Below, piece after piece: positions 17,901 to 24,591 of a stretch of DNA of 64,000 bases. The notes under the pieces were generated by a model that saw only the letters and a program-made list of their open reading frames with translations, was not told where the DNA came from and ran no database searches. Within the stretch, counting starts at the first letter, position 1, and every line of letters starts with the position of its first letter. Source of the stretch: Enterobacter phage phiT5282EW. The stretch lies in the sequence record PQ352032.1, one strand, 5' to 3'. The position numbers and the translations under genes were made by a program.

Positions 17901-18762
17901 CGATTTCGCCTGGCTTCGGTGCTTCGGCAGCAGGTGTTGAGGCTTTCTGGACTTCTTCTTTAGCTGCGTTTTTTTTCTCAGGTGAAGGAGACGGCCCATC
18001 TTTTGGCATAATAAGGCTTAGTTTTTTTGCGCCACCCGGTTCAGTTTTAAAGTATCCAAACTGCGTACCGTAATTCTCAATCGCGTGCAGCTGGTGCTGT
18101 TTTAAATCACCAATCTCAATAGTGATGACGTTATTTTTTACTTTGTATGCTTCAATCGGTGGCAGACCTAGGTAACTCTCAATTCCAGAAACAATGGCTT
18201 GTTGTTTGGCTGTCAAATTACCTGTAGCTGGTTTTGTTGCTGCCTTTGCCTCTTGCGCTACGGCTTCAACGGCCTGCTCAGCCATCTGATCGACGGTCTC
18301 AGGCTCTCTCTCGTATGTGGCGATGGCAGGGTGCTCACCCGCTTTCTGGCCCGCGCTGACCTTCTCCTGCGAGCCCATTTGCTCCAGCAGATAGTTGGCA
18401 ATCGCCACCAGCTTTTTACCGTGGGTGTTCACGCCATAGGAGGATCCCAGAATCGCCGCGATATCGCCGTTGGCAGCGTGCTGCAACAGGTTCGGGACGT
18501 GCTTCTGGTTGAAATGCTTAATGTCTTTGTTGGTCGCCTCTTTCTCAGCAGGATAGAGCAGCTGGCTCGACTCCTCCTGAGGCATGGCGTAAGGCTTATG
18601 GCCTTTGCCACCAGCTTTAGGGTGCGCGGCTTTCGGAGCGTTCTTGACGCCCTTCATGTCCGGCGTGGTTTTCTTCCAGCGCCCATTGATCAGCGCATAG
18701 CCCGCTTGGTGGGCGAATTTTTGATTAAGTGCTTTTGCGAGGACAAGCATGGTGGCCACCAT
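11989..18762 (-). CDS. giant multidomain virion-associated protein with C-terminal mono-ADP-ribosyltransferase (R-S-E, actin-toxin-like) domain
   Basis: 2257-aa uninterrupted ORF. The C-terminus carries YTGSSYKQMN, FGRKF, IMSTSIS and GEKEIILPP motifs in mART order. Internal kinase-like segment (DAWLGNWD...HRVDAGG). Three copies of a PKEGDTKQGKGGILVFHNGHW-type module. Lys/Ala/Glu-rich. Alternative start at ATG 18750. Confidence 0.75.
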   Translation of the reverse strand: MVATMLVLAKALNQKFAHQAGYALINGRWKKTTPDMKGVKNAPKAAHPKAGGKGHKPYAMPQEESSQLLYPAEKEATNKDIKHFNQKHVPNLLQHAANGDIAAILGSSYGVNTHGKKLVAIANYLLEQMGSQEKVSAGQKAGEHPAIATYEREPETVDQMAEQAVEAVAQEAKAATKPATGNLTAKQQAIVSGIESYLGLPPIEAYKVKNNVITIEIGDLKQHQLHAIENYGTQFGYFKTEPGGAKKLSLIMPKDGPSPSPEKKNAAKEEVQKASTPAAEAPKPGEIVMPKFESGKNSTGVRTAYEAQAQKVIDATSLAELEAIKTKAKSWKGITPNSKKLLNLYGQKLALLTGENPNKPLVQSEEPSPLSAVEIIATSPAQPDTAEGKPAPKASVSKKAMDAIDWSQFAVAENIKNAKSYNAQIAAIKAAGEVGNINGILAMTYGKNTYGLKVAKAANNALAALGYPDIKVVIGKDAVHPMLGQFSQAEKDQKASAEVEQQKTVRAEEGPQEGDTRMGKNGMQVFKDGRWHNQETGEPLKDQPVAGEFKKGQKLSISDMPNLPAGSIIQTYDKDGKPYLKVLMGHATAWPISKKGEPLAKPFQAGQYLKLIGFGGNTKTPDNLGYISDYHHSEYPTELVELGKPNHLTQKQQNVIKNMWNGVLSTTPDAGVYPTNTSAVIVADPKNPGSGMWVNEKGDWGHISGFSNTQNEVYQQIMAGKTPSVNLAESLGLQTAAPEPGTKTFSNPPQTGDAFIDGICEDIQNDLNAGNWALAVDNINDMVTVIRDDQNLIDAFQKVDLSAWIIEAVTAAKKELGDISVKSLPTPPQIKQERAPTPEPQLPEFNDVAEFNEWAKTKGEAFIEQASTYYGSDLAFSESSVGKLYDSWAEKSQAAAKSEQITTKHERKQEKKAILNDYAMWESAFDALTDAKDEKQADAIAGDWMTANGHDAPQLVVLAEAMKDNGFNELANEFFIAGKKAYGKWWSETYGTEPEKPLVSPTSDTVKTYGTKVQTLYNVIAEEVHKGKESDPDVIAKHFNELSELHLSEPAAVQVKLYQQEVNKWLVEDGPKEGDTKQGKGGILVFHNGHWILQQDMPETSANGSAGSEIVALKQALAGANGDDATSIGLEFIKDNHGDKGAYTTVIDNILKMNSGHVYAASEIGQAYFKKHGKPLNLPIKPDVGFYSTEATDFQGYAIAATLAKDENSKKLLIEAMKYEQNVTPSTTINGTKYKEYMAEVLDKLTAAPGKPKNMYDLGLVFNNAKDNLETLMAVQEYVAKKGDNPATYQDIVKAAGDNVAHIPVLQSILKDSINMHGVPQGIPKASYKGDSMADADALDGLAAMAMLAKYTDSPEMKEAVLNSVKESAYALMANQGTDVVKMSMTDYAISTMTFVQDQITGAEEPAPAPEPAAPELGNIDLKLLDDIKSIAETKTGLQKVVKASVACKEYYDANPDKVDAVSTIKSVLIINDFTPVAIEGILTAIKNTVAEEDAKKADEGQKEGDGPKEGDMKPGANGMLILKNGRWVRANPDEIPAPDFAALGLSAWQQDHYMKYVDNLKAKLTKGGGTKGVIMQKADGSMLIYGEFGMKIKVSTEYGPTAPGKKALAQYASMMLMANGIKVKSGYNPEVNGTYAMNGVAQLMNATAATSNPAENGLAADGPMEVKKYQWKKKEPISVDEWTVTGGNQGGSNEGMKMKDADGQEWYVKFPDNEEHAKAEVLAAKLYSAAGLSAQDAMIVTKDGKMAIASKWENIKKAKTHAALAKAKGMLEGFAVDAWLGNWDVVGLAKDNVQLKDDGTIHRVDAGGSLMFRAQGAKKEFGPVVKELESLMDPKMNANSAAVFGGMTEADIAASVSKVLAISDAKIAHMVNQYGPGDEKAKKELVETLIKRKEYLAEKYPEAEQIIKMQKFKPEKISTPPDFLNWSGVGKSGPSSKEFLNKGNHDAAQAIYSAALTGDPEAIRGLTAPTFDKDTGAVTGQVPVLDHPSQHIKGYAMQAINEIKSQLTGHEAEQFRIGGDHPLYSMHEEYKPENWSGNDADKIGNLLVLGHPGIVEPEDLGITKTTFKAGTLTTNTYAKAAQEVWEKLPMTQKQAVQAYTGSSYKQMNSGLWKGNPSAEAKAAAQALSGMGHEISPGTTFGRKFSLGSGDLSKLKASVGKVIMEPAIMSTSISPDVWSGNIHLKMTAGPGVKGIYAGAGSLPSGGSISHHTGEKEIILPPNTRLLITKVNESGTKDADGFGGSGMTVVECIILPSV

Positions 18763-18794
18763 TCAACGAATAATGGCCCAGTGTGGCATCACGA

Positions 18795-19004
18795 CTAATT
18801 AACGTCTTTCACCTTCCGACCAAAGCGCTCCACGCACGCGAGAAACGCCTCCTGTTTCGTGTGGCAGTGCTCCGACAGCATGGTGGAGTGCTTGCCGTCC
18901 GTGAACTGGATTTCCCACTTCGCGGATCCGGTCTTTGGCGGGCCGGGCCAGTCAGCGGCGGCGTCGTATACCGCCTGCTGCTCCGGGGTCATCTGGAAAC
19001 TCAA
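18795..19004 (-). CDS. hypothetical protein
   Basis: 69-aa ORF in the operon. Confidence 0.4.
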   Translation of the reverse strand: MSFQMTPEQQAVYDAAADWPGPPKTGSAKWEIQFTDGKHSTMLSEHCHTKQEAFLACVERFGRKVKDVN

Positions 19005-19441
19005 CGGCCTGCCGCCTTCTTGAGCTCCACGACGATACAGTGGAGCGTGTCCAGCTGTTCATCGGTCGCATGACTCAGCAGCTGGCTCAGGCCAAAGCCA
19101 CCACTCATTTCGTTCTGGATGACGCTGCGCATTGCTGCCTTGCGCTGCTCATAGGCAAAGTCAGCCTCGTCACGGTAAACGTCAAGCGCAGGATATCCGC
19201 CTGTCTTCGGAACATGGTTGTAATTACTCCAGTCCTTAATGGCGATGCGCTCCTGCCAGCACTCCGGCACGCTATTGGTCTCATTGGCGCGGTCAATATC
19301 TGACTGCCGGGCGACGTAAAGCCATTTGGTGCCTTTGCGGACAACAATCATGATCCCGCGCGGGGGGCTGCGCTTATCGCGTGAGCCAATAAACAGGGTG
19401 TCTCCCTTTTTCAGGGCTTTCAGGTCGGCTTCTTTCAGCAT
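19001..19441 (-). CDS. hypothetical protein
   Basis: 146 aa. 4-nt overlap with the downstream gene. Confidence 0.5.
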   Translation of the reverse strand: MLKEADLKALKKGDTLFIGSRDKRSPPRGIMIVVRKGTKWLYVARQSDIDRANETNSVPECWQERIAIKDWSNYNHVPKTGGYPALDVYRDEADFAYEQRKAAMRSVIQNEMSGGFGLSQLLSHATDEQLDTLHCIVVELKKAAGR

Positions 19442-19451
19442 GGGGGAATCC

Positions 19452-19784
19452 TTAAATTTTGATTAAATGGGCTTTGTGAATACGCACGGTGCCGTAACTG
19501 TAGCGGCCTTTCTTGCGGATATTCAGCTCGTAATACTGCCGGAAGTCGATCCCCGGCTCATTCCAGTTAAGGGTCACGAAAACGCCGTGAACGTGCAGGA
19601 CATCCAGCGGGCGATCACTGCCACGGATAAACACGCGGTCGCCGGGCTTGAGCTCCTGCTTAATGGATTCCATCACCTCCAGCGCGAGGTCAGCATTAAC
19701 CTCAGTCGCATGATAGCCAGCGTTGAACGTATACCAGCCATTTGCGCCAGCTGCGCGGATGTGGTTTTTAAGTGAGTTGATCAT
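19452..19784 (-). CDS. hypothetical protein
   Basis: Start moved to ATG 19784 (AGGAA SD); the track start at 19808 has no RBS. Confidence 0.45.
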   Translation of the reverse strand: MINSLKNHIRAAGANGWYTFNAGYHATEVNADLALEVMESIKQELKPGDRVFIRGSDRPLDVLHVHGVFVTLNWNEPGIDFRQYYELNIRKKGRYSYGTVRIHKAHLIKI

Positions 19785-19822
19785 GGGTTGATTCCTTAAA
19801 TGCCGCATCCATGCGGCCTGCG

Positions 19823-20428
19823 TTACGCTGCGATACCGCGCTGCCCGGTTGCGATAGCCAGACGCGCCTTGCGGTCATAGTGCCCGATCAGGCCCATGGT
19901 GATCAGGATCCCCGCCGCCAGAGAAATGATGACGAGCAGAATCACCAGCTGCGCCTGCTTACTGTCTTTGCTGTCTCCGCCCTTGAATAGCTTGCTAACG
20001 CTATCCCACGCGCCGGACACGCCACCATTAGCAGCGTTGTAGATGTTATGGGCGCTGGCGAAGGTGTTCCATGCTGCCGTTCCCATGTTGGCCCAGTTGC
20101 GTTCCCGGTACGCCACGATCCAGCTATGCACAGTGATAAGCAGCCCTGTACCGATAGCCGGGATAATGATGCCCAGATACCAGAGGCTGATTGCCGCCTG
20201 CGCATATTTCTCGTCGAGGTGCCCGGTAAGGTACGCCGCGTATACTTCAATGAAGATAATCACGCTGGAAAAGCCGATTGCGGCCTGAATAGCTCCGCAC
20301 CAGACCAGCACCCGGATCCAGCCGCCAAGGCGTTTGGACTCGGCCCACATCGTCCCGCAGGTCTTGCAGTTGAACCAGCTGATCAGCAGGTTGAGGGCCA
20401 GAATTCCCCACAGCATTAACATTCCCAT
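19823..20428 (-). CDS. multi-pass membrane protein
   Basis: About 200 aa with at least 4 hydrophobic helices. Start at ATG 20428 with AAAGGAAA SD. Confidence 0.5.
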   Translation of the reverse strand: MGMLMLWGILALNLLISWFNCKTCGTMWAESKRLGGWIRVLVWCGAIQAAIGFSSVIIFIEVYAAYLTGHLDEKYAQAAISLWYLGIIIPAIGTGLLITVHSWIVAYRERNWANMGTAAWNTFASAHNIYNAANGGVSGAWDSVSKLFKGGDSKDSKQAQLVILLVIISLAAGILITMGLIGHYDRKARLAIATGQRGIAA

Positions 20429-20471
20429 TTTGTTTCCTTTGAAAAGTGCCGGGAGCCGCCCGGCGCGGTTG

Positions 20472-20690
20472 TTATTTATCTTTCTCGCGGTTGTAGCGCT
20501 CATGGGTTAGCAGATCCCATGTATCGCCATTATCCCGGCTCAGTAAACGCCAGCGGATGCCGACCTTTAACGAGATACCACCGCTGCGCTTGAGGTGGGT
20601 TATTGCTGCCTCTCCGCGCTGCCACATTTCCAGAATCTGCCCGGCTTTTATCAGCGCCTGAGCGGGAATTCCTTTCATTGCCTTGAACAT
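20472..20690 (-). CDS. hypothetical protein
   Basis: 72-aa ORF directly downstream of conserved promoter d. Confidence 0.45.
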   Translation of the reverse strand: MFKAMKGIPAQALIKAGQILEMWQRGEAAITHLKRSGGISLKVGIRWRLLSRDNGDTWDLLTHERYNREKDK

Positions 20691-20720
20691 AAAAAAGCCT
20701 CACCTTGGGTTGGTGAGGCT

Positions 20721-20749
20721 ATATTATTACGTCATGGGTGACGTGTCAA
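20721..20749 (-). promoter_or_regulatory. sigma70-type promoter of the conserved ACGTCA-box family (d)
   Basis: On the minus strand: TTGACA-CGTCACCCATGACGTAA-TAATAT. The -35 overlaps the stop codon of the upstream gene. Confidence 0.6.
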
Positions 20750-21111
20750 CGGGTCGGCACCACTTCTACGCCACCGTTGTAGTAGTCGCAGCGCACCCAC
20801 ATCTGAACATCCGGCCTGAACAGCGTCGGGCGCTGGGTTCGCCATACCTGCCACGCCCCTGACTCACCTTTTGCGTAAATTTCCAGCTGCCCTACTTCGA
20901 CCGTTGGCAGGTCACAGGCACGCATCCAGCGATAGTGCGGCTTGGTGCGACGGATTGATGGCCCGACCGCAGTATGCCAGTGGCGCAGCTGGCCCTGCGT
21001 CAGATGCTTGGGCCATTGAGGAAAGTTTGGGTTAACGTAACCCGGATCCAGCTGGCGCAGGCTCTCGTTATACGCCGCCTCGCCCAGAGTCATCGCTTTA
21101 GCTCGGCTCAT
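20746..21111 (-). CDS. hypothetical protein
   Basis: Start moved to the ATG (MSRAKA...) that abuts the stop of the upstream gene. Confidence 0.45.
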   Translation of the reverse strand: MSRAKAMTLGEAAYNESLRQLDPGYVNPNFPQWPKHLTQGQLRHWHTAVGPSIRRTKPHYRWMRACDLPTVEVGQLEIYAKGESGAWQVWRTQRPTLFRPDVQMWVRCDYYNGGVEVVPTR

Positions 21112-21112
21112 A

Positions 21113-21421
21113 TCAGTACGTCCTGAATCCGTTGCAGTTGCGCAGGAAGTCCACAAAGTCGGCCTTAAATGCTTTGGCCCGGTCGGCTTCGGAACTGAAC
21201 CAGCCCGGCGTCGGCTCCCATGCTTCGATGATGTCAGCCATCTTGCCAGCCGTGCGCGGAGAGACCACCCACGGGTCAGTTGTTTTGCGCTGCTCTACCT
21301 GCGGCAGCTTCGCCATGCCCGGCAGAAATACCAGCGTCCACCATGTACCATTGGCGATGTCATAGCCCGGCAGGCGGTTCTCGTCGCCTTTACGGCGGCG
21401 GTCTTCGATAGAAATGGTCAT
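21113..21421 (-). CDS. hypothetical protein
   Basis: 102-aa ORF. Confidence 0.45.
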   Translation of the reverse strand: MTISIEDRRRKGDENRLPGYDIANGTWWTLVFLPGMAKLPQVEQRKTTDPWVVSPRTAGKMADIIEAWEPTPGWFSSEADRAKAFKADFVDFLRNCNGFRTY

Positions 21422-21681
21422 ACAGATTTACCCCCCGTGTAATCAGCCACTACCTTCCCGTTGTTGTCGTAATACTTGATCTGATACATCGGGTGGCAAT
21501 TGTGTTTGTGTTTCCCATATTTCAGCTGGTTGGCAAAAACCACATCCAGATTGGCGCTGCCGTTCATCCCGGCGATGGTGCCGATATCGCCGGAGACCTC
21601 AACCATCATCCCCAGTTTGGCGAACGTGATCCCACGCGTGCGGGCCATGTCTTCTTCGAACTGCTTCGCCTTACTCACCAT
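21418..21681 (-). CDS. hypothetical protein
   Basis: Start at internal ATG (MVSKAKQFEE). Confidence 0.4.
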   Translation of the reverse strand: MVSKAKQFEEDMARTRGITFAKLGMMVEVSGDIGTIAGMNGSANLDVVFANQLKYGKHKHNCHPMYQIKYYDNNGKVVADYTGGKSV

Positions 21682-22123
21682 CAGCCTGCTCCTTTGCTGG
21701 TTCGCGCAGGACACGGGCGTAATGCTCAGCGCGGGCGCAAATGTTGTTCATGCTGCTGCGCTCTTTGTCGAGCCAGTCAGCCTTGAATGCCGCCTTTTCT
21801 TCCTCAGGCAGGACGCTCAGGGCTTTCTCATATGCCCGGCGCTCAGCCATACTACCGATCAGGAATGACTCGAATACCTCAGCCAGCGCCTCTTTGTCGC
21901 ACTGCTCAAAGGACTCCCCGACCGTTTTACCGAAGGTCTTCTGGAAAAACTCCTCGGTGCCGCCAAACATGAACAGCGGGACTTTGCGAGGCTCAGTCTC
22001 AGTGTCGAGCTCAGTTGCGCCATACTGACCGCCCATGATGCCAACGGCGATAGCCGCGAGCTCATGCGTTGGTGCTTTAAAGGTGATTTTATCTGACAGG
22101 TTGATCAGCTCCCAGAGGCTCAT
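21671..22123 (-). CDS. hypothetical protein
   Basis: Start at ATG 22123 (MSLWELIN), with an ATGA overlap with the upstream gene. Confidence 0.45.
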   Translation of the reverse strand: MSLWELINLSDKITFKAPTHELAAIAVGIMGGQYGATELDTETEPRKVPLFMFGGTEEFFQKTFGKTVGESFEQCDKEALAEVFESFLIGSMAERRAYEKALSVLPEEEKAAFKADWLDKERSSMNNICARAEHYARVLREPAKEQADGE

Positions 22124-22416
22124 GATGCTGGCTCCTCTTTTGGTTTGCCTTCGAACTTCTTGCCGCAGAATGGGCAATAATTCATCGTCATAAACGAACT
22201 GCCATCAGTGCAGCGCTGAGCCAGCGAGCCATCTTTCTTGCGCTTGAGAAAGCGGAAGGTGTAAGGCACGGTGACGCTGGAGTGGTCGCCATCAGCCAGG
22301 ACAAACACGCTGTTTGTCCAGTTGGCTTCTTCGATCTCTCCAATTTGATCGCCAAAGCGCTTGGTCAGGTGCTCTTTGAACTGAGCCCCCAGCTTTTTGA
22401 AACAATCACAGGCCAT
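22120..22416 (-). CDS. zinc-ribbon protein
   Basis: 98 aa with CDC...CPFCG cysteine pairs. Confidence 0.5.
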   Translation of the reverse strand: MACDCFKKLGAQFKEHLTKRFGDQIGEIEEANWTNSVFVLADGDHSSVTVPYTFRFLKRKKDGSLAQRCTDGSSFMTMNYCPFCGKKFEGKPKEEPAS

Positions 22417-22492
22417 CAGGAATCCTTTTAGGGTTGGTTAAATAACCCGTAACGCACCGCGCTACGGGGCTTTATTGCTTGATGCGTGGTTG

Positions 22493-22520
22493 ATGATACG
22501 TTATGCGTGACGTAATGCAA
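22493..22520 (-). promoter_or_regulatory. sigma70-type promoter, ACGTCA-box family (b)
   Basis: Minus strand: TTGCAT-TACGTCACGCATAACG-TATCAT. A second TTGACT...ACGTCAG copy lies just upstream (22525-22556). Confidence 0.55.
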
Positions 22521-22552
22521 GCATTATTTACGCCACTGCTGACGTATGTAGT

Positions 22553-22574
22553 CAAAAAAGGCCCCGTAGGGCCT
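22553..22574 (-). terminator. rho-independent terminator after 473-aa gene
   Basis: GGCCC-CGTA-GGGCC hairpin followed by U6 on the minus strand. Confidence 0.6.
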
Positions 22575-22661
22575 TCGGTTACTTACTGTAAACGGGGCTC
22601 AGACCATGATCTGAGTGCCCGTGTCCTGCTCCCCCGGTCGGGGCATTCCATACCGGGGCTT

Positions 22662-24083
22662 TCACTTTGGGGCAGTGGTAGGCTTCGGCTCCACTGACGC
22701 TGGTTTGCCTGGCTGATTGCGGATCGTGGTAGCCAGTGCGCCCGGTCGCGTCGCAAAGTAGGTATAACGCCATTTTCCGGTCTGGGCCTCCCAGTATTTC
22801 ACGCGCCAGCCTGAGTCCTGATCCTCCCACTCCTCAGAGTAATACGCGGGCTTGGCATCGTTATCAGCATTACGCTGCGCGATAGCTGCGGCCTCTCCGG
22901 TCGGCTTCCAGCCGTGCAGGTTGATCTCATCACCTCCACGGTTCTGGATGTGGCGCTGGTATTCAGCGAGAAGGGTGTCCTCAATCTTCGCCAGCTCAGC
23001 GGTTGCCTTACGGCCTGCTGCCGTGCAGTAGAAGTGTGTCAGCTGCTCATAGCGATCAAAGCCGTTTGTCATGTTCAGGAACACGCGGGCCTTTTTGTCG
23101 TACATCAGCTGGAGGTGCGGCTCCATCCATCCCTGCGTCGGGCGTTCTTTCAGGTGGATGTGATACTCAGCCATTTCTGTCCGGTCATGCGGGATCACAT
23201 CCAGACGGTACAGGTAGCCCTGACGCCAGCAGCGCTTGTCAGTGCGCAGGGTACCATCGCTCAGCTCCTCCTCCGCGAGCTCCAGACGCTTCTCGCTGCC
23301 CGGCTTCACATCTGACAGGCCCAGCGAAACACGGCGGTGGACTTCCGCGATCATGCGCTGCGTCGTGTAATGGGGTTGCAGGGTGATGACCAGACCGCTG
23401 ATTTTGGCACGCAGCGGGGCCAGCGGGTGCAAGCGCTTCACCACGTCCTCAATGGTTTCATCGCGCTGCTGCAAATGCAGCTGCCCGGACTCCAGCGGCT
23501 CGTAATCATCAGGGGCGGCGTGATCCAGCGTCAGCGCATCGACGGTCTTACCTTGCATCATACGCATCCCATGGCCCAGCTGCGGGGCGCGTACCTCCTG
23601 CACCAAATCCATGACTTCTTTCTGGCGTTCTGTCAGCTCAGGCTCCTCAACAGCGCGGGCCATCAGCTTTTGCAGATCTGGCGTTGGGTCTGCTGGCGAG
23701 TTCAGCACTTCCTGAGGCACGACCGGACGCGTACCACGGCCCGCTAATTGCACCCAAGGCTCACCGCCAGCAGGGAATCGGTCATTCAGATTGAGCACGT
23801 ACTCAGCGTGGGCGAAGGCATCAGCCAGAGTCATTACCGGATCGATGTGGATGGTCTTGCCGTCATAAATCAGGTCAATGGGTTGGTTTTCGGCGACGGC
23901 ACGGCCTACGGCATTCAGGAGCGCTTCACCTTCTTCGGCATGGAGTTGAGGCACTTCTTGCTGCTGGGCTTTTACCATTTCCAGACAGGACATAAACGAC
24001 TCAGCTTTTGCCTCAGTAAACTTCTCATTGTGCAGGGCGTTAAATACAGCAACAGCGCGGGCAATAACGGATAATTTCGACAT
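22662..24083 (-). CDS. hypothetical protein (473 aa)
   Basis: Long clean ORF with no recognisable motif. Confidence 0.55.
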   Translation of the reverse strand: MSKLSVIARAVAVFNALHNEKFTEAKAESFMSCLEMVKAQQQEVPQLHAEEGEALLNAVGRAVAENQPIDLIYDGKTIHIDPVMTLADAFAHAEYVLNLNDRFPAGGEPWVQLAGRGTRPVVPQEVLNSPADPTPDLQKLMARAVEEPELTERQKEVMDLVQEVRAPQLGHGMRMMQGKTVDALTLDHAAPDDYEPLESGQLHLQQRDETIEDVVKRLHPLAPLRAKISGLVITLQPHYTTQRMIAEVHRRVSLGLSDVKPGSEKRLELAEEELSDGTLRTDKRCWRQGYLYRLDVIPHDRTEMAEYHIHLKERPTQGWMEPHLQLMYDKKARVFLNMTNGFDRYEQLTHFYCTAAGRKATAELAKIEDTLLAEYQRHIQNRGGDEINLHGWKPTGEAAAIAQRNADNDAKPAYYSEEWEDQDSGWRVKYWEAQTGKWRYTYFATRPGALATTIRNQPGKPASVEPKPTTAPK

Positions 24084-24102
24084 TAAAGCATCCTTTGTTT
24101 AA

Positions 24103-24504
24103 TTAACTTTCTTGAAACAGCTTGTTGATTTCCAGCATTGCGGTACGGATAAAATCGCAGTGCGCTTTATTTCTTACGAGACTTACGTTATTCCGGCGTT
24201 CTAACTTCTTGGCTACCTCCATCACTAATTTCAGGCTCTCCGCGTTTGCATTAATCTCGCATTCGCGTTCTGCGGTGATCTCTGCCCACTTCTGGCCTAC
24301 CGGGCGAACATGACGGCGCTCATAACGGTTTCCGCCCTCATACTCCCCGTTATGTTTGTAAAACTTCACGCCAGCCACAACGAACGTGTTTTTATAGACA
24401 CGATCAACGGTTATTTTGCGGTACACGTTGAATGTGTGTGAGCCGGGAACATCCACGCGCTCAGTAATTAAAACAACATCACCTTTCTTAACATTCTCGA
24501 ACAT
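24103..24504 (-). CDS. hypothetical protein (133 aa)
   Basis: ORF preceded by a leader hairpin that contains its GGAGGA SD. Confidence 0.5.
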   Translation of the reverse strand: MFENVKKGDVVLITERVDVPGSHTFNVYRKITVDRVYKNTFVVAGVKFYKHNGEYEGGNRYERRHVRPVGQKWAEITAERECEINANAESLKLVMEVAKKLERRNNVSLVRNKAHCDFIRTAMLEINKLFQES

Positions 24505-24532
24505 AAAAAAAGTCCTCCGCTTGTGGGGAGGA
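24499..24532 (-). promoter_or_regulatory. 5' leader hairpin plus U-tract (attenuator or SD-sequestering structure)
   Basis: Minus strand: AGUCCUCC-CCACAAGC-GGAGGACU followed by U7, ending at the ATG. The only SD (GGAGGA) is inside the stem. Confidence 0.45.
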
Positions 24533-24562
24533 CTTTAGCGCGTTATCTTTTTTGACGCAAGA

Positions 24563-24591
24563 ATTATTTACGGCATACGTGACGCATCAAA
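24563..24591 (-). promoter_or_regulatory. sigma70-type promoter, ACGTCA-box family (e)
   Basis: Minus strand: TTTGAT-GCGTCACGTATGCCGTA-AATAAT. The -35 overlaps the stop of the methyltransferase gene. Confidence 0.5.
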
